A program made the translations under genes and the position numbers. Positions 55,500 through 64,000 of a stretch of 64,000 nucleotides of DNA are shown in pieces. The stretch lies in assembly GCA_043823745.1 (NCBI GenBank), contig JBDRAN010000044.1, forward strand, positions 853 through 64,852. The letters are read 5' to 3'. This stretch comes from Candidatus Omnitrophota bacterium. Its GTDB lineage: Bacteria > Omnitrophota > Gorgyraeia > Duberdicusellales > 4484-171. How positions within the stretch are numbered: position 1 is the first letter of the stretch; each line of letters begins with the position of its first letter. A model generated the notes under the pieces. That model had not been told where the DNA came from and made no database searches. It saw only the letters and a program-made list of their open reading frames with translations.

Positions 55500-56483
55500 T
55501 CAGAAGATTTTTTTGCTGCTGTTTTTCTCTTTCGGTGAAGCTCGGTTTTGAACGATCAGCATACGAATTTCTGTTATGGCGCGGCCTATCGCCCGTATGC
55601 TTTCCAAAAAATTGACAGCTGCCTTTTTGCCATTCACGATCGCATAGAACAATCCTTTCCCGCTATACCACAACGAACATCGCATGTCATAAAGCGCTTT
55701 TTTAAAAAGCGCGATATTGTCGGTGCATTCATTTCCAAAATCAAGATAGACCTCTGTTACGCCGTCCCAAAAAATCCGTTTAGCCAGCCATGTTAATCGT
55801 TGCCGCTCTTGCGGAACTACATGATATACTATTTGTTTTGGATTGTAATAAATCTTTGCTCCCGACGCATAAAGCCTATGGTACATATCATTGTCCTCTC
55901 CGGAAAGAAGGCATGTCCCTTTCCTGCCTAGATATGTTCTAAAGCCGCCCGTACGCAAAAAGAATTCCTTATGAAAAGCCGCATTTACCGTGATCAGATA
56001 ATCATCTGCCCCGAGATAGCAGGGCTCATTGCCAAAATCATATTTACCTACTATAGTTTCATATTCGACAGGAAATTGCTTGCGTCGGGCGCCTTCCCAG
56101 GCAAGCTCCACTTTCCCCACTACGCAGGCGGGACTAGGTTGTACGGTCGTAAAAACCTGGACAATCTGAGTAAGCCATTCCGGTCCTGGTAATGCATCAT
56201 CATCAATGTATGCGATATATTTCCCACAAGCTTCATAAGCGCCGCGATTACGGGCATAGGCGATACCTTGCTGTTTTTCGAGACAATACGTAATGGCTAC
56301 CTGTGTTTCCTTGCGTACCGTTCCTACAACATCCCGCGTCGCATCGCTTGAATTATTATCAACAACAAGAATATCGAAACAGAAATCAGCCTTTTGTGCG
56401 GCCAATTCTTTGAGCAAACGCTCAAGGAACATAGAGCGGTTATACGTACAGATAATTATAGTAGTTAAAACATCCTGTTCCAT
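55500..56483 (-). CDS. GT2 glycosyltransferase.
   Basis: LTTIIICTYNRSMFLERLLKELAAQ, with ...VVDNNSSD and DD motifs. Confidence 0.75.
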   Translation of the reverse strand: MEQDVLTTIIICTYNRSMFLERLLKELAAQKADFCFDILVVDNNSSDATRDVVGTVRKETQVAITYCLEKQQGIAYARNRGAYEACGKYIAYIDDDALPGPEWLTQIVQVFTTVQPSPACVVGKVELAWEGARRKQFPVEYETIVGKYDFGNEPCYLGADDYLITVNAAFHKEFFLRTGGFRTYLGRKGTCLLSGEDNDMYHRLYASGAKIYYNPKQIVYHVVPQERQRLTWLAKRIFWDGVTEVYLDFGNECTDNIALFKKALYDMRCSLWYSGKGLFYAIVNGKKAAVNFLESIRAIGRAITEIRMLIVQNRASPKEKNSSKKIF

Positions 56484-56666
56484 AGCAATTATGACGGTAC
56501 AGCGACGTGCCGGGTCTCGAGAACCTTTTCAATAAATTCTTTGGAACCAACCATAGATCATTCTTCTTTCTTACTAGCTTTTTTGTAGCCGACTGATTTT
56601 AAGCCGTTGCACACACCGTTCTCGATACTTCGCAGATCAGGGCGCACTACCAAGTGTTACGTGCTT

Positions 56667-58229
56667 CTAATGTATCCGTAGATATCTCGATTTCATTTTG
56701 CAAAGAATACCATCGATATACGAAAATCTGATGACTTTCCGCAGCGGTTCATACATAACAAAAAAACTCAGTATGCTTATGGCGGAATTTGCAAGCAGGG
56801 GCAACCGTTGGTTGATGAATCGATAAAACGCAATACAGGAATCGGTGACCAATGCTCTCGGCACATAACCGATTCTGAAATCATTGGCATCGCCTTCCAT
56901 TAGTAATATTATCCAATGGAACAATTTATGTGGTAGCGCTTCCTCTTTAAGAATCAAATATCCGACGGCAGAACCTGTGTGTTTGATTCGCGTGCGCACA
57001 TGAAGGCCCGCAGCATGCGCACGCTCATACAACTTTGTTCCCGGATAAAACGCCAAACTATTATGATAGAGGTAAAAAGGAGGCGGCAGCCTTTTTATCA
57101 ACTGGATGGTAGCAACAATATCTTCCTCGCGTTCAAACGGATTCATTCCGATAAAATCATAATAAATCTGTATAGTACGATATCGGGAAAGCGTTCGTGC
57201 TACCTCCAGAATTTTTCCAGTCGCTATGGGACGATCATAGATCGCACGATTGGTATGCTCGCTACCGCTCTGCACACCGACAATGACTTCACTCATCCCT
57301 GCCTCAAGAGCAAGCTTTAGCTTTTCCTCATCGAACGTCCAGGGCGAAATAAGAATAAGAAAAGGCTTATGGATTGCCGATGGGTACATGCGGACAAACT
57401 CCGCAAGTTCGTAAAAACCTTTGTCGAAAAAAGTATCGTCACTAAACCAAAAACTTTCTATTTCAGGGTAATGATTGCATATTTCCTTTAAATGATTAAT
57501 AATGTAATCGACCGAATAATGCCGGACCCGCGCGCGCCAGGGAAAACGTTCCTTAAGCGTCTGGTTCGAACAGTAGGCGCATCGATGCGGGCAGCCGCGT
57601 GAACCTTGGATAGGAAAATGTATGTACTCAGCATGCCAGGAGCCGCTTTTCTGTGCTTTCATGGGTATGAGCCGATTGTTTTCGAGGATAAACTGGTGAG
57701 ATATATCATAATCAGGAAATGGATAATCGTTAATATCTCTCTGAAGCGGACAGGCCTGATTCCTGATAATATCATTGTGTTGTTTTATCCATAAGCCCGC
57801 AACATCCTGGTATGATGCGCCGTGACATATGCGCTCTGCCAATGTTACGAGCATATCTTCGCCTTCGCCGCAACAAACCAGATCAAAAAAGTTCAGAAGA
57901 CTCTCCGGGTCTGCCGAAGCGTGAGCCCCACCGACAATGATGGGAGCCGGTAATTCTCTTTCAAGAATTTGTTTTACTTCAATCGCCTTCGCGACGCTAT
58001 GCGTCATGCATGAAATTCCTATAAGGCAGGCATCGCTACATATTTCCTTAAGATCATTCCAATGAAACCCATTATCGCCTGGCGCAAACGTCTGCATAAA
58101 CACAATCGTGCTGCTGAATCCCGCCTGAAGAAGGCACGAAGAAAGCGTCCGTACGCCGGTACCGGTGATGCATTCATCGGTACTTATGAGTACAATGCTC
58201 CGTGATTTTTTTCTCGGGTCCATATTCAA
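56667..58229 (-). CDS. B12-binding-domain radical SAM protein (class B).
   Basis: SRGCPHRCAYCSN is Cx3Cx2C. An N-terminal Rossmann-like cobalamin-binding region is present (IVLISTDECITG). Confidence 0.75.
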   Translation of the reverse strand: MNMDPRKKSRSIVLISTDECITGTGVRTLSSCLLQAGFSSTIVFMQTFAPGDNGFHWNDLKEICSDACLIGISCMTHSVAKAIEVKQILERELPAPIIVGGAHASADPESLLNFFDLVCCGEGEDMLVTLAERICHGASYQDVAGLWIKQHNDIIRNQACPLQRDINDYPFPDYDISHQFILENNRLIPMKAQKSGSWHAEYIHFPIQGSRGCPHRCAYCSNQTLKERFPWRARVRHYSVDYIINHLKEICNHYPEIESFWFSDDTFFDKGFYELAEFVRMYPSAIHKPFLILISPWTFDEEKLKLALEAGMSEVIVGVQSGSEHTNRAIYDRPIATGKILEVARTLSRYRTIQIYYDFIGMNPFEREEDIVATIQLIKRLPPPFYLYHNSLAFYPGTKLYERAHAAGLHVRTRIKHTGSAVGYLILKEEALPHKLFHWIILLMEGDANDFRIGYVPRALVTDSCIAFYRFINQRLPLLANSAISILSFFVMYEPLRKVIRFSYIDGILCKMKSRYLRIH

Positions 58230-58284
58230 AATACGTTTCCCTATGCCGCTTAAGCCCGCTCGGCAGTGCCGCGGTTGCTGTACA

Positions 58285-59769
58285 CTATCGAGGCTTCAAG
58301 AAAGCCCACGCCTTATGCCAGAGCCGCGCGACAAATTCCATGGGATTGCTCACCAGAAGTCCGATTCGCCTCTTAAAAACCTTCCTTCGATAATTTTTTT
58401 CTTTATCGCTATCAAGTTTTACCTGTATTTTTTTAATTATCTGTATCAGCGTATCGTATGCGATATTTTTCGTTAAACCCATTTTCGGTGAATGGTGGAA
58501 AAAGTTTGACCACTCACCGGTGCTGGGCAATATACCATTGCACGAAGCATAATCATATAATTCAGTACCAGGATACGGTGTCACGATACAAAAACATGAA
58601 AAATCGCTTTTGAGCTTATACATCAGCTTAGTGGTGTCATGAACCTGCTTAAGCGTTTCGTTAGGAAAACCGATCATGAAATAGGCTAATGATTCTAACT
58701 TTGCTTTTTTAACCATGGCAAAAGCTCTGCGAACCTGTTTGGGGGTAATATTCTTCTTTATGTAATTTAAGATTTCCGGGTTCCCGGATTCTACTCCGAT
58801 GTTGACCCTGAAACAACCCGCCGATTTCATGGTCTGAAGAATTTCGGGAGTGCATAAATCTGCCCGAATGTCGCACATCCATTGTATAGTTAGCTGAGCA
58901 TTCTTTATTTTCTCACAAATCTCCATTACCCTATTTTTATCGAGGATAAACGTATCGTCGGCAATCCGATACGTAGATGCTTTAAAACGTTGTGCGGTAT
59001 ATATCAGTTCGGCAAGCACGCGGTCTGCTGACATAAAACGAGTCTTTCTGCTCCATATTTTGTTGCTCGCACAATACGTACATTGGTATGGGCACCCTCG
59101 TGATGTAAAAAGTATCCCAAAGCTATCGGGAGGATGTTGCGTGCCTTGATAGGTGCAATCCCACGCGGGAAAAGGTAAACTATCAAGATCCTGTATATAT
59201 GGTCGATTCTGATTTTCCCGGATAGCGCCATTGCACTTAAATGCGATACCGGCCACATTCTCAAGGGCTGATTTTTTTTCGATAGCGTTCACCAGCTCTA
59301 AAAAAGTCAACTCACCCTCATGTTTTACCACTACATCAATCGAGGATTCTTTAAGGGTTTCCAGGGGCAAGATGGTCGGGTGAGGACCGCCGGCAACGAT
59401 AATAACCTGAGAAAATTCATTTTTGATATGATTTGTTATTTTAACGACAATCGCATACTTTGCTGTTGGCATGGTAATACCGACGATATCGGGTTTGAAG
59501 TCACCGATAATGGTTCGTATGGTATGCCATGTTTTCTTCCAGATAGGGCTGTTTTCTTCTAAGTTCGAAAGATAAAGACCGAAATTTGTGATTACATCTT
59601 GTTTGAAATGGTCTTCTGCTACCAACCCAAACTCCCCATTGTACAATATGCACTCATGTCGATTGTTTCGTAAGACTGCCGCACACGAAGCAAGGCCATA
59701 GGAAACCTTGTTATAGCTGACGTTTTGCAAAGCATACCACGGAGGATCGATTAATAAAACTCGTGCCAT
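58285..59769 (-). CDS. B12-binding-domain radical SAM protein (class B).
   Basis: The N-terminus is MARVLLIDPPW. SRGCPYQCTYCAS is Cx3Cx2C. Confidence 0.8.
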   Translation of the reverse strand: MARVLLIDPPWYALQNVSYNKVSYGLASCAAVLRNNRHECILYNGEFGLVAEDHFKQDVITNFGLYLSNLEENSPIWKKTWHTIRTIIGDFKPDIVGITMPTAKYAIVVKITNHIKNEFSQVIIVAGGPHPTILPLETLKESSIDVVVKHEGELTFLELVNAIEKKSALENVAGIAFKCNGAIRENQNRPYIQDLDSLPFPAWDCTYQGTQHPPDSFGILFTSRGCPYQCTYCASNKIWSRKTRFMSADRVLAELIYTAQRFKASTYRIADDTFILDKNRVMEICEKIKNAQLTIQWMCDIRADLCTPEILQTMKSAGCFRVNIGVESGNPEILNYIKKNITPKQVRRAFAMVKKAKLESLAYFMIGFPNETLKQVHDTTKLMYKLKSDFSCFCIVTPYPGTELYDYASCNGILPSTGEWSNFFHHSPKMGLTKNIAYDTLIQIIKKIQVKLDSDKEKNYRRKVFKRRIGLLVSNPMEFVARLWHKAWAFLKPR

Positions 59770-59849
59770 CGTTATACCACCTTCTTAATGCGTTTCGTTC
59801 TCATACAACAATGTAGTTTAAACGTTATAGGTAATGACCCCGGACACGG

Positions 59850-61091
59850 TCATTGCCCTCGTCTATCATGAATATGTTCGTCAATAAGCTTAATGACCTG
59901 CGCTGGCTTTATTTTCTTTAAACACTCCATCTTTTCTGCGCGGGCGCAAGGCTCATCCAGGCTCAACAGTAGCATGGATTTTCTACAGGGAATACATTCG
60001 AGGTCAGAGGTGACGATAAAATGCTTTTTGTGCGTGCGCGCCAAGAAAGCGCTATTCGTCGGCCCGTAAATGGCGATAAGCATCGTACATTTAACTGCGG
60101 CGGCCAGATGAACGACGCTGGTATCGTTGCTAATGCATATATCGGCCTTCTCTATTAACGCCGCAAGCTGCTGAAATGTCAGCTGATTACAGAGATTATA
60201 GCTGTTGCCGATTTCTTTATGCACAAAATCGCATACCTCGGCATCATGCGGGCCCATGCCTGAAATAAAAACATAATAGTTTTTTTTAGCCAGGTGGGCG
60301 ATGACTTCTCGATAATACTCAGCCGGCCAACGCCTTGAATTATGATGCGGGGTCCCTCCGGGATGCACAACCGCTATAGGATGGTTTACGTCAATGCCGA
60401 CTATTTTTTTTAAAATACGTTGCAGCTGGTCTCTACTGCTTCTATCGACTTCGAAATACAGCTCAGGAGACGAGACAGAATCAATGTCGAAATACGTAAG
60501 CAGATTAAGATAAAAAGACGGGCCTACAAGATCAAACTCATTAACCGTATGATGTTGCATTGCCAGAACTGCCTCATCAGGCCTATGAAAACCGACTATC
60601 GCGGGAATCGCTAAAACGTTAAGCAGGGCACCCTCGAGCATAACGGTCCAGGGAAGTTGTCCGCAATTAATGCCTGCTCCATAATTACGCCGCGATAATG
60701 TTAGATATTCTATCGGGTAATAACAAAGCGCTTTGAATATAGCCTGCCTGCGAGAATGTGTATGGGCAAAATGCCGGGCGCAGGAAAAATCGACATAATA
60801 AATATTTTTGTATATGGATTGTTGTGCGAGCGCTGCGGCTCGTTCCGGATTATTTGATACAAGGTCAACCTCATATTTCTTTGATAATTCCCGTACCAAT
60901 GAAGACATCATTAAGAGGTCGCCAAGGCCACCCGTATTCGTAATCAAGATCCTCCGAGGATTTTTTTTGACGGCACGGCGACATGCAAAGACAAACAATG
61001 CTACCGGCAACAATAGTATATGGTGATACCGTAGCTGTTTCCAGCGAAATAGAAACAATTTTATCGTCTGGAATAATCTTATCAGAATCAT
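59850..61091 (-). CDS. GT9 glycosyltransferase (heptosyltransferase family).
   Basis: ILITNTGGLGDLLMMSSLVRELSKKY plus a C-terminal DTSVVHLAAAV motif. Confidence 0.75.
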   Translation of the reverse strand: MILIRLFQTIKLFLFRWKQLRYHHILLLPVALFVFACRRAVKKNPRRILITNTGGLGDLLMMSSLVRELSKKYEVDLVSNNPERAAALAQQSIYKNIYYVDFSCARHFAHTHSRRQAIFKALCYYPIEYLTLSRRNYGAGINCGQLPWTVMLEGALLNVLAIPAIVGFHRPDEAVLAMQHHTVNEFDLVGPSFYLNLLTYFDIDSVSSPELYFEVDRSSRDQLQRILKKIVGIDVNHPIAVVHPGGTPHHNSRRWPAEYYREVIAHLAKKNYYVFISGMGPHDAEVCDFVHKEIGNSYNLCNQLTFQQLAALIEKADICISNDTSVVHLAAAVKCTMLIAIYGPTNSAFLARTHKKHFIVTSDLECIPCRKSMLLLSLDEPCARAEKMECLKKIKPAQVIKLIDEHIHDRRGQ

Positions 61092-61117
61092 GTGTAATAC
61101 ATTGCAACAAAAATTAT

Positions 61118-62164
61118 TTATGGACGGCTATGCGTTCTGCATCGAATGTTCCTGAAAAAGTCTCTAAGACTGCGAAGGTATTTCTTTATGCGTACCTTAT
61201 AATAGTGCTTCAATCTATACTCAAGAAACTCTTCCTTTGGCGTATCAAACCAACCTGGTCCGCTGCCAAATCTACCGCGTACAGAATCTACCGCTCCGCG
61301 TATAATCAACACTATCGCTGTTATCCGTAAATAATATTGATGGGTAAATAACTTTTTAATATCATGCATGATCCACATAATAAGCTCTTTGGGGATTCTC
61401 TTTTTTACGAATCCGTGCTTTTTCGCGAATAAGAGCCTGTTCCGAGAAAGATAATAATAAATGCCGGGGTGAGCAGCGTTATCGGTCGAGGCGGCGACTT
61501 TATGGCGTACACGTGCCGCCGGAACGTAGATGTTGCGTAAGCCTGCGTTCTTTATCCGTAGGCCAAAATCAGTATCTTCCCAATACAAAAAGAAGCGCTC
61601 GTCAAAGAATCCGACCTTCTCGATAGTAGAACGGCTCAAGAAAATAGCTGCACCGGTAATATAATCAACTTGGGCGATTGTATCGTATTGTCCGCAGTCT
61701 TGCTCGCGTTCCCCGCGATTGAAGGCATGCATAATAGACTTATCCGTAATGATGCCGCCGGCATGCTGAAGGCGGCTTGAATCTTCGTAGTAAACTATTT
61801 TACACCCCAATGATCCTGCGTTTTTCTCATTGAGCGCGGCGGCAACGAGAACGGACAGGATTTCTCGATTAACAAGCGTATCGTTGTTGAGTATAAAAAT
61901 ATAATCGGCGCCGCTTTTAAGAGCATACCGTATGCCGACATTGTTGCCGCCGGCATACCCTAGGTTTGTATGGTTTTCTATAAGAACTATCTCGGGGAAT
62001 AATTTTTTGATTACCTTTGAGGAGCCATCGGTCGAAGCATTATCGACAACAATAACCTCATAATTTGAATAGTCTATAGCGCCGATAGACGTAAGGCATG
62101 CGGGCGTATACCGCAACCCATTCCAATTAAGCAGTACGATAAATATTTTTGGTTGGTTTATCAC
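61118..62164 (-). CDS. GT2 glycosyltransferase (rhamnosyl/galactosyltransferase-like, soluble).
   Basis: FIVLLNWNGLRYT...VIVVDNASTDGS, with DxD (WEDTDF). Confidence 0.8.
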   Translation of the reverse strand: MINQPKIFIVLLNWNGLRYTPACLTSIGAIDYSNYEVIVVDNASTDGSSKVIKKLFPEIVLIENHTNLGYAGGNNVGIRYALKSGADYIFILNNDTLVNREILSVLVAAALNEKNAGSLGCKIVYYEDSSRLQHAGGIITDKSIMHAFNRGEREQDCGQYDTIAQVDYITGAAIFLSRSTIEKVGFFDERFFLYWEDTDFGLRIKNAGLRNIYVPAARVRHKVAASTDNAAHPGIYYYLSRNRLLFAKKHGFVKKRIPKELIMWIMHDIKKLFTHQYYLRITAIVLIIRGAVDSVRGRFGSGPGWFDTPKEEFLEYRLKHYYKVRIKKYLRSLRDFFRNIRCRTHSRP

Positions 62165-62263
62165 ACGCCCCTACAACTTGATCATACGTTTCATGCTCAC
62201 TGGAGAATACTACGAGCACAAGATCTCGTGATTCTAGGGTATATACGGAAACAATGGCTCCGG

Positions 62264-63505
62264 TTAGGATAAAGAGAGCAATTTCTGTGCTGCCGCTTGC
62301 ACCTCCTCTACGGTAACCTGTAAAATACAGTGGGGCGTAAGACTGACACAGCCGTATTTACAAACATCATCTGGTTTTTTAGGGCCAAGTTGGATGTGCG
62401 GCACTTTCCATGGCTTAAAAGCCTGCGGTGTATTGAGGCTCATGGGAAAACTTGTGTTTCCAAACGGAGAAATTTCTACGACTGGTATGCGCAGCGCCGT
62501 TGCTATGTGCTTTAAGCCGCTATCGCTACCGATAGAAAGAACACAAGATTTTAGCAATGCTGTTGCCTGCCGAAGCGTGGTCATCCCAATAATATTAACC
62601 ACCGATTCTCCTAAATCCCTGCTCAGCTCTTCTCCCATATCTTTCTCCAGAGAATTACCCAGAAGAAGTATCCGAACATTATAGTTCTTGTGCAGCCACA
62701 TGCCCAGTTGCCGAAATCGTTCAGGCGGCCACCTTCTTCTTGGTACACTGGCTCCCATACAGAAGCACACAAGCAGATCATGGGGCTTGACGCCGTGACG
62801 CGTAAGTGTCTCCTCAGCAAAATGAATATCCCGTTCATCAATCCAAACCTCTAAGGCATCATCCGTAACGCTGCCGCCAAGAAATTTTACTACCTCTAAA
62901 TTCCTTTCTACCTCGTGCCTAAGCGTTGTGTCTAAAATTACGTCCGTAAACAGCCTATCGCATCCTTTATTCCCCTTTTGCTTGTCGACGTGGACGCGTT
63001 CGGAATAGGCAACGCGCCGGGCTGCGCCGCTTACATAGGTCAACAATGAGCCATAATAGCCCTTATCAAGGTGCCACACAGGTAAGACTGCCACATCGAA
63101 CTTTTTTGCCCATAAATGCCTGGCCGCAAAAGTTACGATCTGAAAATAGTGTGTTAATGTTTTGTGGCAGCCTGTTGCTTTTGGTTCAAACGTTAATATT
63201 TCATCAACATAGGGACACATCTCTACCAGATTATAGATCTCCGGCTTTACGATAAGCGTGATCCACACACGCGGCATATTCTTTCGCAATTCCCTCAGAA
63301 AGGGAGTGATTAAGATCACGTTGCCGATTTCATCTAAACGCGTGACAAGGACTCTTCTTGCCAGAAGAATAGGTATCGATCTATTTCGATGACGAAACCC
63401 AAAAAGCCAAAAGATCGGCTCACCCACAAAACGAGTTATGCGGAGCACCAAACGTACCGGTTCGATCATATCCGCAATAAAGGTAAATAAAGTTGTTGGT
63501 TTCAT
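62264..63505 (-). CDS. GT9 glycosyltransferase.
   Basis: VLVTRLDEIGNVILITPFLRELRK plus a C-terminal SDSGLKHIATALRIPVV motif. Confidence 0.7.
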   Translation of the reverse strand: MKPTTLFTFIADMIEPVRLVLRITRFVGEPIFWLFGFRHRNRSIPILLARRVLVTRLDEIGNVILITPFLRELRKNMPRVWITLIVKPEIYNLVEMCPYVDEILTFEPKATGCHKTLTHYFQIVTFAARHLWAKKFDVAVLPVWHLDKGYYGSLLTYVSGAARRVAYSERVHVDKQKGNKGCDRLFTDVILDTTLRHEVERNLEVVKFLGGSVTDDALEVWIDERDIHFAEETLTRHGVKPHDLLVCFCMGASVPRRRWPPERFRQLGMWLHKNYNVRILLLGNSLEKDMGEELSRDLGESVVNIIGMTTLRQATALLKSCVLSIGSDSGLKHIATALRIPVVEISPFGNTSFPMSLNTPQAFKPWKVPHIQLGPKKPDDVCKYGCVSLTPHCILQVTVEEVQAAAQKLLSLS

Positions 63506-63521
63506 TTGTTATTGATGCATA

Positions 63522-64000
63522 CTAGCGCATCTCTTTTGCATTATCAATGCGGGTTCCGACAAGAAGACGAAAGAGCAGTGCCACATGGTTTCGACATGGC
63601 GCATTCACCGACAACAACAGCAGTGAAACAAACCCATACTGTAATGCCAAGTACCGATGGCCTAATCTATATTGTTCTTCCGCGCGCGCGTAAAAGGAGA
63701 GTGATTTTTTTTGCCACTGCACTTTATTAAACGAATACCAATAAAAGTAATACGCCGGCGTCAACATGCTACCCCAGTATTTCTGACTGATTCTCATACG
63801 CTCAGCGAACCATTTTTTTTCAGCGGTTTGACTTAATTGCAATATTGATTTCGATGAAGAATGAAATCGATATACCGCTAAAACTCTATCCAGATAACAG
63901 AAACGGTACCTGCTGCTTAATCGTATCCATAAATCATAATCCATAGAGTAATGCAGCGTTTCATCGAGAAGGCCCACGTTATCAATAGCTTCCCTGGAAT
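63522..64000 (-). CDS. GT2 glycosyltransferase, C-terminal part only. The gene continues beyond the window end.
   Basis: The DYDLWIRL motif is typical of the C-terminal region of GT2 enzymes. The frame is open to the window edge. Confidence 0.5.
   Translation of the reverse strand, partial: SREAIDNVGLLDETLHYSMDYDLWIRLSSRYRFCYLDRVLAVYRFHSSSKSILQLSQTAEKKWFAERMRISQKYWGSMLTPAYYFYWYSFNKVQWQKKSLSFYARAEEQYRLGHRYLALQYGFVSLLLLSVNAPCRNHVALLFRLLVGTRIDNAKEMR

Overview
This 64 kb window is a bacterial chromosomal segment with about 50% GC. Its first ~2.2 kb is conspicuously AT-rich and looks like an accessory island. Almost every gene from 3.2 kb onward lies on the minus strand. The window divides into four blocks. 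(1) 1–3.1 kb holds small hypothetical, membrane and secreted ORFs plus a family of related GC-rich palindromic elements. (2) 3.2–14.1 kb holds housekeeping genes: era, an M20 peptidase, a transglutaminase-like protein, a class I aminotransferase, an lrp/asnC regulator flanked by a perfect 16-bp inverted repeat, a DnaQ-like exonuclease, YjbQ, and a CsaA-like tRNA-binding protein. (3) 14.2–25.7 kb holds a Wza/Wzc/Wzy-type exopolysaccharide export operon with an outer-membrane beta-barrel, TPR proteins and an embedded PilZ protein. A sensor GGDEF-like protein with a noncanonical GGDDF motif follows. A second, much larger PilZ protein fused to a periplasmic glycoside-hydrolase-like domain sits at 5.4–7.5 kb. 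(4) 27–64 kb is a very large glycan-biosynthesis cluster that runs off the window end. It encodes a Pgl/Wbp-like diacetamido/amino-dideoxy-sugar set (CapD/PglF-type dehydratase, DegT aminotransferase, hexapeptide acetyltransferase, small PglC-like phosphoglycosyltransferase). It also encodes an O-antigen-ligase-family protein, three GT9, four to five GT2 (one GtrB/ArnC-like) and four GT4 glycosyltransferases, two tandem paralogous GT-C membrane glycosyltransferases, and a PIG-L deacetylase–methyltransferase fusion. Most unusually, it contains five radical SAM enzymes: three B12-binding, one methyltransferase–rSAM–SPASM fusion, and one with an N-terminal Cys-rich extension. All functional calls rest on motif-level reading of the supplied translations. 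No database search was run.
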